From: an uncultured cyanobacterium
GTDB taxonomy: Bacteria > Cyanobacteriota > Cyanobacteriia > Pseudanabaenales > Pseudanabaenaceae
Assembly: GCA_963703315.1 (NCBI GenBank)
Contig: OY969811.1
Location: 384,001 to 448,000, forward strand
Direction: 5' to 3'
DNA: 64,000 bases
Positions 8,961-20,024 of the stretch are shown here, one piece after another. Under the pieces are notes generated by a model. It did no database searches. It was not told the origin of the DNA and saw only the letters and a program-made list of their open reading frames with translations. Numbering within the stretch: position 1 is the stretch's first letter; the number at the start of each line of letters is the position of its first letter. The translations under genes were made by a program, and so were the position numbers.

Positions 8961-9740
8961 ATGAACGCTGTAATTGATCTTGATATTCCCAAAATGGCGA
9001 TCGCCCTCGGTATGGTGGCGATCGCCATTAGTTTCTCGGTCTGGCAAAAATTAGCGATCGCCAAGAATTTAATCATTGCCACATTTCGCAGCATCATTCA
9101 GCTAATCGTGGTGGGATTTTTACTGGATGCCGTATTTGAAATCAAACAGCCTGTAGTAATCCTATTCATTATTTTATTAATGAGCCTCATGGCAGCCCGT
9201 GAAGCCAAAAACCGTGTCCGTGAAAAAGTGCCTTATGTGCTGCCGATTATGTGGATATCGGTTATTGTCGGCACATTGGCTATTCTCGCCTACACCACAT
9301 TTTTAGTCGTGCAACCTGATACTTGGTATGCACCGCAATATTTGATTCCCCTCGCAGGGATGATTTTAGGTAATTCGATGAATGGCGCAGCGATCGCCGC
9401 CGAGAGATTTACACAGGATTTAGTCAAGCGATCGCGGGAAATCGAGACCCATTTATGTTTGGGCGCAACACCACAACAGGCGATCGCCAATTACCAATCT
9501 GAGGCAATTAGAGCCGCAATGATTCCCACAATTAACGTGATGATGGTCGCGGGTGTTGTTTCATTACCGGGGATGATGACGGGACAGATTTTAGGTGGGG
9601 TATCACCATTATTAGCCGTACGCTATCAACTAGTCATTTTATTTGCTGTCACCACAGCCAACCTAATCACCGCTTTAATATTGACTAATCTCGTGAGCCG
9701 TCAGTTTTTTACGCCTGCCCAACAACTTCGCCTTCCCTAG
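8961..9740 (+). CDS. fetB: FetB/YbbM (UPF0014) ABC permease
   Basis: YLIPLAGMILGNSM, LGATP.QA, GVVSLPGMMTGQILGG.SPL.AVRYQ. Confidence 0.85.
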   Translation: MNAVIDLDIPKMAIALGMVAIAISFSVWQKLAIAKNLIIATFRSIIQLIVVGFLLDAVFEIKQPVVILFIILLMSLMAAREAKNRVREKVPYVLPIMWISVIVGTLAILAYTTFLVVQPDTWYAPQYLIPLAGMILGNSMNGAAIAAERFTQDLVKRSREIETHLCLGATPQQAIANYQSEAIRAAMIPTINVMMVAGVVSLPGMMTGQILGGVSPLLAVRYQLVILFAVTTANLITALILTNLVSRQFFTPAQQLRLP

Positions 9741-9788
9741 GATTGTTTTCTCGCCGAAGGCGAGCAAGCAATTCCATAATATAGACAT

Positions 9789-9841
9789 AAAACCCAAAAG
9801 AGAGTTGCGGCGCGTAGCGCCGCAACTCTCTTTTGGGTTTT
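9789..9841. repeat. REP/SDR-like perfect palindrome between convergent genes
   Basis: aaaacccaaaagagagttgcggcgc-gta-gcgccgcaactctcttttgggtttt; relatives near 18608, 19859, 21519, 31397, 36877, 42321. Confidence 0.85.
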
Positions 9842-9857
9842 GGTACAGCTATATTGT

Positions 9858-10304
9858 TTAGATTCCTAACTGTCGTCTAGCTTCAAACAATCCCAGAGCT
9901 GCACTCACAGACAAATTGAGACTACGAACTTTAGTATTTTCCATAGGAATATAGACCGCAGGATGATTACTCAGAACTTCTGCTGGTAAACCACTAGATT
10001 CACTGCCAAATAAAAGCCAATCGTGATCTTGAAATTGAAATTCGCGAAAATGCTTTGCGCCGCGAGCGCTAAAACAAACCCATCGCCCGCCTTTAGATGC
10101 TTCACGTAAAGATTCGATATTTGGATGCACAGTCACGTTTACATAGTCCCAATAATCTATGCCTGCGCGTTTGAGTTGGCGATCGCTAATTTCAAAGCCC
10201 AGAGGCTCAACTAAATGCAAATGTGTATTCGTAGCGGCACAGGTACGAGCGATATTGCCAGTATTAGGCGGAATTTCAGGATAGATAAGAGCGACTTGCA
10301 GCAT
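9858..10304 (-). CDS. trmL: tRNA (cytidine/uridine-2'-O)-methyltransferase TrmL
   Basis: PEIPPNTGNIARTCA, KRAGIDYW, FGSESSGLP, RSLNLS. Confidence 0.93.
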   Translation of the reverse strand: MLQVALIYPEIPPNTGNIARTCAATNTHLHLVEPLGFEISDRQLKRAGIDYWDYVNVTVHPNIESLREASKGGRWVCFSARGAKHFREFQFQDHDWLLFGSESSGLPAEVLSNHPAVYIPMENTKVRSLNLSVSAALGLFEARRQLGI

Positions 10305-10427
10305 TGACTATAGCTATATTTAAAGACTGTGTTATTAGCACAGTCTTTAAATATAGCGCTTTTCAAGCAAGCGATGTATAGAGGATTATTTCCCCGCCGA
10401 AGGCGGGGAAATAATTACGAAAATTTA

Positions 10428-10823
10428 TTAACGCTTGGTGCGTTTTTCAATATCTTCAAGAGTTTGTAAGACAAGGCGCTTAGCTTGTAGTTTCCAACCC
10501 CATTTCTGAACAGCGATCGCTACACCCGTACCAATAACAGTGGCAATGAAATCTACTGGTTGTTCCATCGATATACCCAGCAATAACCCTAGCCCTGCAA
10601 TCCCCCAAAAAGGTAAAGATACGGACTGGCGATTTTTTTCTACCATTTGACTAATATTATCGGTCGGCATCGTGGCGATTAGCTCAGCTTTTGCTTGCTT
10701 TTGTTCTGATGCACTGAGGGATAAGCCAAACTTTTGGCGCAATTTTTCAATTTTACGGGCGGTGGTGCTGTACTGCACTAACTCATCTTCCGCCATAAGA
10801 ATTAGACGCTCTAACTTTGCCAT
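10428..10823 (-). CDS. Hypothetical membrane protein
   Basis: 131-aa ORF with two hydrophobic segments, directly downstream of hemH. Confidence 0.7.
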   Translation of the reverse strand: MAKLERLILMAEDELVQYSTTARKIEKLRQKFGLSLSASEQKQAKAELIATMPTDNISQMVEKNRQSVSLPFWGIAGLGLLLGISMEQPVDFIATVIGTGVAIAVQKWGWKLQAKRLVLQTLEDIEKRTKR

Positions 10824-10842
10824 TGGTCAATTTGGATTAATT

Positions 10843-11994
10843 TTATTGAAAGATTTGTCCTCGTCCTAGCCACAGTTCTAATAGCAAAATTAGAAACCCT
10901 AGCATGGCGAAGCGTCCATTCCACACTTCGGCAGATTGGGTCATACCCCACTCCCAACGCTCTTGAGGATAGAGCTTCGTATTCTTTTGCGGTTGGATCG
11001 TTTCCGCAAAAGTAATGGGGCGATCGCTTACAGCTTTATTCACCACATCGGCTAGGGCTTGAATAAAGGTAGGGTCAGTATCGGGGGCAGGAACTCTGGC
11101 AAAGGTTTCAATACCAGCGTGTTCCGCGATCTCACGATATTCCATATCGATTTCTTCGAGGGTTTCGATATGCTCAGATACAAAGCTAATTGGCACTACG
11201 ACTAATTCTTTCACACCCTGTGCCGCTAGTTCTTCGATCGCCACATCGGTATAGGGCTGCAACCACTCAACAGGTCCCACACGACTTTGATAGGCGAGTT
11301 TGTAAGGATTAGGACGATTGAGCTTTTGCATGATTAACGCCGCACAAGCTTCGATTTCCTTCTGATAGGGATCGCCTGCTTCTTCGATATAGCTCACAGG
11401 CACACCATGAGCGCTGAAAAATATATAGGCTTCGCTAGGATTTTTAACTTGATCGAGCTTATTAGCGATTAGGTTTGCCATTGATTGCAAGTAGGCAGCA
11501 TTGTCATACCAAGAAGGGACAACGGTATATTTGATTTTTTGTAAGTCAGGATCGGTTTTCCAAATGCGATCTAGTAAGCGAAAGCTAGAACCTGTGGTAC
11601 TAATCGAAAACTGGGGATATAGAGGCAAAATTACCAATTCTTCAATTTTGTCCCGTTTGATTTGGGCGATCGCCTCTTCAGTGAAAGGATGCCAGTAGCG
11701 CATTCCTAAATAAACATGAGCATCATGACCATTTTGTTGAAGCTGCGATCGCAGAGCTTGTCCTTGAGCTTCAGTAATACGTCTGAGTGGTGAGCCACCA
11801 CCAATTTTTTTGTAATTTTCTTGAGATTTTTTGGCGCGAAGAGTTGAAATCAACCAAGCTAGGGGCGCTTGCAGCAATGGTGAGGGTAAGCGAATAATTT
11901 CTGGGTCAGAAAATAAGTTATACAAAAATGGGCGGACATCTTCTATTTTGTCGGGTCCACCGAGGTTGAGCAGTAAAACTCCTAATCGCCCCAT
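10843..11994 (-). CDS. hemH: Ferrochelatase with C-terminal CAB/HLIP motif
   Basis: [41 protein letters not shown]-terminal [13 protein letters not shown]. Confidence 0.97.
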   Translation of the reverse strand: MGRLGVLLLNLGGPDKIEDVRPFLYNLFSDPEIIRLPSPLLQAPLAWLISTLRAKKSQENYKKIGGGSPLRRITEAQGQALRSQLQQNGHDAHVYLGMRYWHPFTEEAIAQIKRDKIEELVILPLYPQFSISTTGSSFRLLDRIWKTDPDLQKIKYTVVPSWYDNAAYLQSMANLIANKLDQVKNPSEAYIFFSAHGVPVSYIEEAGDPYQKEIEACAALIMQKLNRPNPYKLAYQSRVGPVEWLQPYTDVAIEELAAQGVKELVVVPISFVSEHIETLEEIDMEYREIAEHAGIETFARVPAPDTDPTFIQALADVVNKAVSDRPITFAETIQPQKNTKLYPQERWEWGMTQSAEVWNGRFAMLGFLILLLELWLGRGQIFQ

Positions 11995-12186
11995 ATCAAT
12001 CGCTATGTCCTTGTATCATTGGATGAGTCTCACTAATTATAGCTACCGTCAGGAGCGTTACGCAGTTTTAGGCGAATAAACTTAGAACTTACGCAAACAA
12101 ACCAAGAACTCAAGTTCTGGGCTGCGAAGCTAAAGTCAGCTAAAGCAGACTAAGAAACGTCCTCTGATTAACTCGTTTCAACAGGT

Positions 12187-12963
12187 TTAAGCTTTCAGCC
12201 CGTAATTTATTACAGGGCTATTGCTTGTTTGTAACCATGCGATCGCCTGTTGAATACTAGTTACTTTGTCACCTTCAGGCATCTGCGGACGCTGCACCAT
12301 AATGATCGGAATCCCCAGTTCCCTTGCGGCGACGATCTTGGCATAGGTCGCATCACCGCCACTATTCTTACTGACGATCGCTTGAATTTGGTATTCTCGC
12401 AATAATTGCCGTTCTTGTTCTAAATTAAAAGGTCCGCGATCAAGCAGTAATTGACTATTGGACAGTGTCAGATCAGGCGGATCGATGGAACGGATGAGAT
12501 ACCAAGTGTCTGGATAACTATGCGATCGCTGCAAAAATGGCTCTAGTTGTTGTCGTCCTGATGTGATAAATACGCGCTTTACTGATTCAGGAATTGCTTC
12601 GGCGGCAGCTTCCACAGTTTCGACTTCAATCCAATGATCGCCAGCTACTTTTTCCCATTGCGGACGTACAAGCATGAGGTGCGGGATGTTCACAATTTTG
12701 GCAGCGATCGCCCCATTGATCGTAATTTGCCCCGCACAGGGATGGGTCACATCGATTAACAAATCAATACTATTTGCTCGTAAATAATTTGCCAATCCTT
12801 CCGCACCGCCAAAACCACCGATGCGAACTTGTCCAACGAGGGCGGCTGGCTTTTTAGTGCGCCCTGCGAGGGAACTAATCACTTCGATTTCGGGAATAGT
12901 GGCAAGCTTGGCAGCAAGTTTTACCGCATCTCCAGTACCACCTAAAATGAGAATTTTTTTCAT
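12187..12963 (-). CDS. cobK: Precorrin-6A/cobalt-precorrin-6A reductase
   Basis: ILILGGT, SLAGRT, RIGGFGG, ID.THP, RGPF, VSKNSGG, YAKI.AAR.LG. Confidence 0.93.
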   Translation of the reverse strand: MKKILILGGTGDAVKLAAKLATIPEIEVISSLAGRTKKPAALVGQVRIGGFGGAEGLANYLRANSIDLLIDVTHPCAGQITINGAIAAKIVNIPHLMLVRPQWEKVAGDHWIEVETVEAAAEAIPESVKRVFITSGRQQLEPFLQRSHSYPDTWYLIRSIDPPDLTLSNSQLLLDRGPFNLEQERQLLREYQIQAIVSKNSGGDATYAKIVAARELGIPIIMVQRPQMPEGDKVTSIQQAIAWLQTSNSPVINYGLKA

Positions 12964-13032
12964 GATGGATAATATCAAGAACCGATTGTTTGTGGTGCGG
13001 CGTAGCCGTGCCATAAACAATCTGCTTCTTTA

Positions 13033-13365
13033 CTAAACGTCTTGGTCTGATGCATCTAAAAGTCCTAACCTCAATAGTTTTTTCGCTAAAACATACGCAT
13101 CTTGCTTACTACCATCTTTACGAATGCCGAGGGCAACAACTAGAACTGTTACTTGAGCTTGTTCAATTTTATAGATGATGCGATATCTTTGCCCAACTGC
13201 TCGCACACTATAGTAACCATCTAATTCGCCTAGTAATGGTTTTCCCTGCATCTCAGGTGATTCGCTGAGTTTATCAATGCGATCGCTAATTTTTTGACGG
13301 ATACGGCGATCGCTGATGTCTTGCAACAACTGGAAAGCTGTGGGTTGAATGACAATCCGATACAT
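13033..13365 (-). CDS. RelE/ParE-family toxin
   Basis: GKPL.GEL.GYYSVR...YRIIY.I...V.V; overlaps the antitoxin gene. Confidence 0.87.
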   Translation of the reverse strand: MYRIVIQPTAFQLLQDISDRRIRQKISDRIDKLSESPEMQGKPLLGELDGYYSVRAVGQRYRIIYKIEQAQVTVLVVALGIRKDGSKQDAYVLAKKLLRLGLLDASDQDV

Positions 13366-13634
13366 CACAGATTCAAGTCTCGTTTAGCAGATTCCCAATC
13401 TATTCCTTGCTCTGCTTTTGCCTCTGCAATTCCCTGACGCAAGTTAGTCATGAGATTCGCATCACCTAAAATGTCTAAGGTTTCGAGGATGGACTCGTAA
13501 TGTTGCCATGTCATCACCGCTAAGACAGGTTTACCTCTACGGGTAATGGCAAGGGTATTGCCATCTTGAGCCAACTTTTCAGGTAGAGAGGTTAGCTCAT
13601 GCCTTGCCTCGGTAATGGGAATGTTAGATAGCAT
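13365..13634 (-). CDS. Phd/YefM-family antitoxin
   Basis: IPITEAR..L..L...ITRRGKPV.AVM...YESI.ETL.IL. Confidence 0.88.
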   Translation of the reverse strand: MLSNIPITEARHELTSLPEKLAQDGNTLAITRRGKPVLAVMTWQHYESILETLDILGDANLMTNLRQGIAEAKAEQGIDWESAKRDLNL

Positions 13635-13651
13635 GATTTTGAGAATTTGTC

Positions 13652-13669
13652 TGTACATTTAAGTGTACA
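13652..13669. promoter_or_regulatory. YefM-type autoregulatory operator
   Basis: Two TGTACA hexamers (13652, 13664) spaced 12 bp just upstream of the antitoxin gene; the same arrangement is known for the E. coli yefM-yoeB operator. Confidence 0.7.
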
Positions 13670-13710
13670 ACTAATTTCATTAAAACCCAAGAAGTTAGTT
13701 TGCTGTAGCT

Positions 13711-13842
13711 GTAGGATGTGTTAGCGATAGCGTAACGCATCATTTGCGGTCATTGAGTTCGTTACTAATCCGATGAACCCCAAGAAGTTCGCGGCTCATT
13801 TGTGGTTATTGAGTGCGTTACGCTGACGCTAACACACCCTAC
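13711..13842. repeat. GTAG-type REP pair (REPIN)
   Basis: GTAGgatgtgttagcgatagcgtaacgca ... tgcgttacgctgacgctaacacaccCTAC in inverted orientation. Confidence 0.8.
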
Positions 13843-13918
13843 GATAGCTATAGCTATAAATGTCTTGAAGCGTGATATTTTAACTTGAGATGCCTAAGAT
13901 ATACCACACTTAAAAATC

Positions 13919-15685
13919 ATGCTGCTTGAAGTTGAAAATTTGACTGTCCGTTATGGCGATGCAGAGCCTGCGGTCGATCGCGTTACTTTTCATTTACAAG
14001 CAGGTGAAGCCCTTGGATTAATTGGTGAAAGCGGTTGTGGTAAATCGACAATTGGGCGATCGCTGATTAAACTACTGCCCCAATATGCCAGTACAGAAGG
14101 GACGATTTGCGTCGATGGTGAAGCGATCGCTGAGAAAAAAGATGGCAGATGGCGCGGCGAAAAAGTTGGCTTAATTTTTCAAGATCCGATGACGCGGCTC
14201 GATCCCTTGATGAGTATCGAAGCTCATGGTTTAGAAGTACTGGCTTCCCATTACCCCAAAATCTCGGCACATTCGGCAAAGCAAAGAGTATCTGAAGCCC
14301 TGCGATCAGTTCGCATCGACCCATCACGCGCTAAGCAATATCCCCATGAATTTAGCGGCGGGATGCGTCAAAGGGTAGCGATCGCTCTATCCCTATTGCT
14401 CAATCCTGTCCTATTAATTGCCGATGAGCCAACTACGAGCCTTGATGTCACCGTTGCTACTGATATCCTCAAAGAGCTAACTGTACTTCGCAAAACCCGC
14501 TCTATGGGATTATTGCTAGTTACCCATGACCTCGGCATGGTTGCTGAATATTGCGATCGCATTGCAGTCATGTATAACGGGGCGATCGTGGAAACAGGAA
14601 CCGTTGCCGATATTTTCCAGTCACCGCAACATCCCTATACCCAAAGCCTATTGGCTTCTGTATTGCACTTTAATCCTGAAAGTTTAGTACCTAGCCAAAA
14701 TATTACAGAAGTTCCAGATCAAGAAATTCCAGATCAAGAAATTCCAGAAACTATCTCACAGGAAACTTCTTCAGAAAATCAAACAGAAAATCCAGAACTT
14801 GAGAATATCTCAGATTCTCCCACTCAAGATGCTGTAATCACAGAGGTAATTATTCCTAAGCAAGCAAAACCTAGAGTAATTCTGTATGTAAATCAGCTTA
14901 GAAAGCATTATGTTACTGGCGGAAATCCGATCAGTCGCTTGATTGATCCTGCGATCGGACTGGTTAAAGCCGTCGATAATATTGATTTAGAAATATTTTC
15001 AGGAGAGATTTTTGGCATTATTGGTGAAAGTGGCTCTGGCAAAAGTACGACAGGTCGAGCAATTTTGCAATTGATTAAACCCGATCGCGGTTCCGTGCGA
15101 TTTAATAGTGTGGAACTCACTCAACTCAAAGGTGAAAAATTGCGCCAAATGCGATCGCAGATGCAAATGATCTTTCAAGATCCTCGCGCTTGTTTCAGTC
15201 CCTACATGAGTGTATTTCGTAGCGTTGCCGATCCCTTATTAATTCACAAACTTGTCCCTAATCTAGAAGCTGCTAGGGAAAAAGTTGAAGCAATTCTCGA
15301 AAAAGTAGGACTGAGTTCGGAATTATCAGAACGCTATCCTTCTGATTTATCAGGTGGTCAGTTGCAACGGGTGGCGATCGCCCGCGCCTTGATTACCAAT
15401 CCTAAATTTGTGATTTGCGATGAGCCAGTGAGTATGCTTGACGCTTCGATTCAGAGCCAAGTTTTGCAACTAATGCGCGACCTCAAAGAAGAATTTAAAC
15501 TGACTTATATATTTATTACCCATGACCTAGCTGTTGCCCAATTTTTCTGCGATCGCATTGCGGTGATGCGTAACGGTAAAATCGTAGAGCAGGGCAGTAC
15601 TAACGACGTGTTGACTAATCCACAGGATGAATACACCAAGTCTCTAATCACTTCGATTCCACGTATTCCACATATAAACAGCTAA
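13919..15685 (+). CDS. Peptide/nickel-type ABC transporter ATP-binding protein, two ATPase domains
   Basis: GESGCGKST and GESGSGKST, FSGGMRQR and LSGGQLQR, P.HPYT; acidic linker between domains. Confidence 0.92.
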   Translation: MLLEVENLTVRYGDAEPAVDRVTFHLQAGEALGLIGESGCGKSTIGRSLIKLLPQYASTEGTICVDGEAIAEKKDGRWRGEKVGLIFQDPMTRLDPLMSIEAHGLEVLASHYPKISAHSAKQRVSEALRSVRIDPSRAKQYPHEFSGGMRQRVAIALSLLLNPVLLIADEPTTSLDVTVATDILKELTVLRKTRSMGLLLVTHDLGMVAEYCDRIAVMYNGAIVETGTVADIFQSPQHPYTQSLLASVLHFNPESLVPSQNITEVPDQEIPDQEIPETISQETSSENQTENPELENISDSPTQDAVITEVIIPKQAKPRVILYVNQLRKHYVTGGNPISRLIDPAIGLVKAVDNIDLEIFSGEIFGIIGESGSGKSTTGRAILQLIKPDRGSVRFNSVELTQLKGEKLRQMRSQMQMIFQDPRACFSPYMSVFRSVADPLLIHKLVPNLEAAREKVEAILEKVGLSSELSERYPSDLSGGQLQRVAIARALITNPKFVICDEPVSMLDASIQSQVLQLMRDLKEEFKLTYIFITHDLAVAQFFCDRIAVMRNGKIVEQGSTNDVLTNPQDEYTKSLITSIPRIPHINS

Positions 15686-15759
15686 ACCAAATAATTTTAA
15701 AAAGCCTTGCAAAGCTTTGAAAAAATTATTTGATTATTATTCATTTGCAACCCGCGACA

Positions 15760-17115
15760 ATGCCCGATTTCCCCGCACAAGAATTTCTTAATTCGCATTT
15801 TCTCAATCCCGATCGCTCTAACCTTGAAGATCTCCGCAAGTTGGGCTATGCATTTGTGGATTTGATCGTTGATTCCGTTCTTGATACGCAAAATCAACCC
15901 TTTGTTCAAGATGATTCTTCTTTCTCAATTAATATTCCTGAACAGGGGAGCGAACTTTTAGAACTATTAGCAGAAGTGCGATCGCAGATTTTGCCACGTA
16001 CTGTGAATTTCCAAAATCCTCGCTACATGGGACACATGGATAGCGTACCTGCGGCAATTACGATCTGGGCAGATGCTCTAGTTTCGGCAATTAATAATAA
16101 TATGCTCAGTTATGAACTAGCTCCCATATTTACACAAATGGAAGCGCAACTGATGCAATGGTTTGGCAATCTATTTGGTATGGGAACCGATTGTTTTGGA
16201 ACCCTCACCGCAGGAGGTAGCCTCGCCAATATTTCGGCACTATTACTAGCGAGAAACTGGAAACAACCTCAGAGCAAAACTATTGGGAACTCTACTAATC
16301 TAGTTGCCTTTGTTTCCGATGCTGCCCATACTTCCTTTGAGAAGGCGATGAATGTGATCGGTGTGGGCAAAGAGAACTTAGTCCGCGTAGCCACCAATGC
16401 GCGGGGCGAAATCATGATCGAAGAATTAGAACTAGAGATTCAAAAATCGATTAGACAAGGTAAACAGCCTTTTTTTGTGGCAGCGATCGCAGGTACAACG
16501 GTGACAGGGGCAGTGGATGCGATTCATTCAGTGGGTGAAATTGCCAAGCGCTACGACTGTTGGTTTCACATTGACGCTGCCTACGGTGGAGCAGGTATTT
16601 TTACACCGAAATTACAACCGCTATTTCAGGGCTGTGAGCTTGCCGACTCCATGACCTTTAACCCGCAAAAATGGCTATGGGTAGCGCGAACCTGTGCCAT
16701 GCTGCTAGTCAAGGATAAACAGCATCTCGTCGATGGCTTTGATGGCGAACTTCCCTATATGGATGATCAAACTCTCAACTTTGGTAATCTGAACTTACAA
16801 GGAACCAGACGTACTGATAGCCTCAAACTATGGATGGCACTCAAGGCAATGGGAATTTCTGGTTGTCGCTATCTAGTCGAGCGATCGCTGGATCTATCCA
16901 ATAATCTGCGGCAATGGGTAGAGGACTCCACCGACCTAGAACTTATCTGTGAGCCAACTCTCAATATTATCTGTCTCAAATCGAATAATCCGCACCTGAG
17001 TAGTATGGAATTGCGCCAACAATGGATCGATGATGGCAAACTATGGCTGTCATTACCACTTTGGAAAGGCGATCGCATTCTCAAAGCCGTCGTTTTACAT
17101 CCCTATGCAGGTTAG
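15760..17115 (+). CDS. Group II PLP-dependent decarboxylase
   Basis: YMGHM, GGS.AN, AH.S..KA, AGTT.TGAVD, W.HIDAAYGG, DS.TFNPQKW. Confidence 0.88.
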   Translation: MPDFPAQEFLNSHFLNPDRSNLEDLRKLGYAFVDLIVDSVLDTQNQPFVQDDSSFSINIPEQGSELLELLAEVRSQILPRTVNFQNPRYMGHMDSVPAAITIWADALVSAINNNMLSYELAPIFTQMEAQLMQWFGNLFGMGTDCFGTLTAGGSLANISALLLARNWKQPQSKTIGNSTNLVAFVSDAAHTSFEKAMNVIGVGKENLVRVATNARGEIMIEELELEIQKSIRQGKQPFFVAAIAGTTVTGAVDAIHSVGEIAKRYDCWFHIDAAYGGAGIFTPKLQPLFQGCELADSMTFNPQKWLWVARTCAMLLVKDKQHLVDGFDGELPYMDDQTLNFGNLNLQGTRRTDSLKLWMALKAMGISGCRYLVERSLDLSNNLRQWVEDSTDLELICEPTLNIICLKSNNPHLSSMELRQQWIDDGKLWLSLPLWKGDRILKAVVLHPYAG

Positions 17116-17253
17116 TTTTGCGCTTGAGTTGGATATAAATAGCATTAGTAAGCTAATAAATCGCCATAATCGACCGTTATAATTTACAGTTATGAGTTGT
17201 AGCAGTGCTTTTCGCTACTTTATTCACAAATAGTTCCTAAGCCGAGATGTCTC

Positions 17254-17706
17254 ATGCTTTGCCCGTTTTGTCAGCATACCGATAGCCGTGTTCTAGAATC
17301 TCGTTCGGCAGAGGCGGGCTGTAGTATTCGACGCAGGCGCGAATGTCTTAGTTGTCAACGTCGCTTTACGACGTATGAACGGATTGAGTTTGTGCCAATT
17401 ACAGTTTTAAAGCGAGATGGTGCTAGCGAGTCCTTCGATCGCTCTAAACTTTTGCGCGGCATGATTCGCGCCTGCGAAAAAACTGAGGTGACGCAAACAA
17501 TCCTCGAATCGATCATTGACGAAATCGAAGCACAACTACAAGTACGCGATCGCCATCAAGTCTCTAGCGTCGAGATTGGCGAGCTGGTTTTACAATATTT
17601 ACAAGATGTCAGTGAGGTTGCCTATGTGCGATTTGCCTCTGTATATCGAAAATTTCGAGGGGTTCGGGACTTTGCCGAAGCTTTAAACCACTTTGCAGCA
17701 AATTAA
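17254..17706 (+). CDS. nrdR: Transcriptional repressor NrdR
   Basis: CPFC...SRVLESR...IRRRREC..C..RFTTYE, ATP-cone, [11 protein letters not shown]. Confidence 0.97.
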   Translation: MLCPFCQHTDSRVLESRSAEAGCSIRRRRECLSCQRRFTTYERIEFVPITVLKRDGASESFDRSKLLRGMIRACEKTEVTQTILESIIDEIEAQLQVRDRHQVSSVEIGELVLQYLQDVSEVAYVRFASVYRKFRGVRDFAEALNHFAAN

Positions 17707-17925
17707 TGTCAAATTTGTTACTGGGGATTATAAAAGCAAATTGGAGGGGAAATATTGCTCCCCTTATAGATTCTGGGCTTTGCAGCTACTTCTAGCTAAA
17801 GCATGAAAAACGACAGGTGACAAAAATTTGTAAAGAAAAGTTGAAATTTTTTATAGACCCTAGCTATAATAACTATGTTTTGTAATCCCGATCGCATTTC
17901 AGGGTCTAAATTAGGAGGTATTGAT

Positions 17926-18234
17926 TTGGCAAGGAGACGTAAGCGCAAAAGTAGACGTCGCCAAGAAGGGCGCAAAATCCTAGAACATATTCCTCAATTT
18001 AGTATCGATAGCGGCGAAGACAAGCCTGTGACGGCTGCACGTAAGTACATTCATACACATGGCATTCTTCCTCCAGCACTGTTGCTCGTAAGACGTAACG
18101 AGCATACAACAGATCGATACTTCTGGGCAGAAAAAGGACTGTTCGGAGCACAGTATGTTGAAGAAAATCACTTCTTGTTCCCTAGTCTGAAGCCACCCGA
18201 AGAAAGAGAAGTTGCCCTTGCTGGGTGTCGATAG
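17926..18234 (+). CDS. DUF3155-family cyanobacterial protein
   Basis: ARRRKRKSRRRQEGRKIL...KPVTAAR...RNEHTTDRYFWAEKGLFGAQY; TTG start after AGGAGGT. Confidence 0.82.
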   Translation: MARRRKRKSRRRQEGRKILEHIPQFSIDSGEDKPVTAARKYIHTHGILPPALLLVRRNEHTTDRYFWAEKGLFGAQYVEENHFLFPSLKPPEEREVALAGCR

Positions 18235-18836
18235 GCTTTTATCAATTTATTAAAGCAATCCGAGACTTCAAATTTTTCATCTGCATAACTTTTCAGCACT
18301 TTACATATAAAACGTAGACACCTATCTCTATCAAATATTGATGCTTATCGTGTCAACGATAAAAAATCTAGGTTTATTTGTAAATTGCTGTAAAAGTAGG
18401 TATAAAGAGTGAATATATTTGATTTGTTTTTATATCAAATGTATTCAAATTTTTTATGGTTATTTAATTAAATGATCAATGGGGATTTCTTAATAGTATA
18501 GATACTAGCTGTTAAGCTTTTTTATAACATCTTCCAGAAGTGACATTTCGCTTCTGGATTTTTATTTTGATAGCTATAACAAAAAAGAGTTAGCTAGTAC
18601 AAGCCAAAACCCAAGAAGCGAGTTGCGGCGCGAAGCGCCGCAACTCGCTTCTTGGGTTCATGTCCTAAGCAAAACTTGCTTTGCGATATTGCTAAGTAAA
18701 AAACAGAAAGCAGCAGTGTTTTGCACTGCTGCTTTCTGTTTTTTACTTATTAAAAAGAGCGAACTAGATGTCGCTCTTTTTAATAAGTAATTAAATTTTT
18801 CATGTCAAGCATAGAAGGAAATCACAAAAACGATCA

Positions 18837-19049
18837 TTAAGCGTTTACAACTTCATTGCTGTGATTTTTTTTCCAACCTCTAGGTAATTTCAGATCATCA
18901 GGATCAACGTAATGGCAGGCATAGTCATCTAAGCAGATCAATGCCCAACCGTTGCCGTCGATATTGACTAACTTATAAGAAGCTTCCAAGACGAAAAAGC
19001 CTTTGTGGTTGCGGGTATCGGGCTTTACTCTGACGTTATCTAAGATCAT
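18837..19049 (-). CDS. Small hypothetical protein (70 aa)
   Basis: Isolated ORF with RBS-like aaggaag upstream and hairpins downstream. Confidence 0.55.
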   Translation of the reverse strand: MILDNVRVKPDTRNHKGFFVLEASYKLVNIDGNGWALICLDDYACHYVDPDDLKLPRGWKKNHSNEVVNA

Positions 19050-19294
19050 TTTATTAACTTCCTTTTAAATAAAAAACTGACAACTAGCTGCAAATAAGAA
19101 ATCAGCAGCTTGATTGATTTATATTTAGGTAGCCTAGCACTCTTGACAAAAATCCTGTGTTAAGTTTTTCTGACAAAATTGTATTAGCTATGAAGTTCTG
19201 TGATGTTAGATAAAGTTATTTATTAAATCTAGTCAGTTTCAATTCATAAATGTTGACAAAAGCTAGAAATTAATAAGAGTTAATTAAATTGATT

Positions 19295-19717
19295 TTAGTT
19301 TAGTAACCAATCTCTAACCTTTTCAAGGGCTTTCCAGTCAGGACGACGACGTAAACCTTCTTCAAAATTCTCAACAATTTCTGGCTTAATATCTTTCAAA
19401 ATCATGAGCCAATTTTGAGCAGCTTCCACCTGTTCGCGCACACCTTTTTGGGATAACTCTAAGAGGGCGATCGCTAGATTAATCCGACCTTGAGGATCTT
19501 CAGGGGCAATTTTTACTGCTTTTTGGGCGGCTTTGACAGCAAGTTTGGCATTGTTGTCTAGCAAATATAACCAAGATAAACAGATCCAACCGCTAGCAAC
19601 TTTGGGTTGGCGATCGCATATTTTTTCAAACACAGGAATTAAGGTCGCCGCAGATTCACCTTGTTTGTAGCGTTCTAAACCTTGAGTGAATAAATCTTCT
19701 ACAATTTCTGTACTCAT
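19295..19717 (-). CDS. TPR-repeat protein
   Basis: GWICLSWLYLL...A.KAAQKAVKIAP.DPQ.RINLA.A. Confidence 0.8.
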   Translation of the reverse strand: MSTEIVEDLFTQGLERYKQGESAATLIPVFEKICDRQPKVASGWICLSWLYLLDNNAKLAVKAAQKAVKIAPEDPQGRINLAIALLELSQKGVREQVEAAQNWLMILKDIKPEIVENFEEGLRRRPDWKALEKVRDWLLN

Positions 19718-20024
19718 CGAGCGAATCAAAACTCCAAAGCCGTGTTTTTTGCCTTAGTGATATTAGCATAAAGTTGGCTCACAACTAATTTATATTGCCG
19801 TAAATGCGTTATTGAGAGTTTGCTTTAGCTTACAGAGCTTTACGCTGACTTGAAACCAAGAGAAATTTTTGAAAGCGCGGCTTTGCCGCGCTTTCAAAAA
19901 TTTCTCTGCACTACTTTAAGTCTCAATAGGCTGTAATGCTGATCGAATTTGGGCAAGATAATCACTAAGAAGTAACAAAATAAGTCTTTGTAATGAAAAA
20001 TCAGGTTCAGAGAAAACGAGGGTT

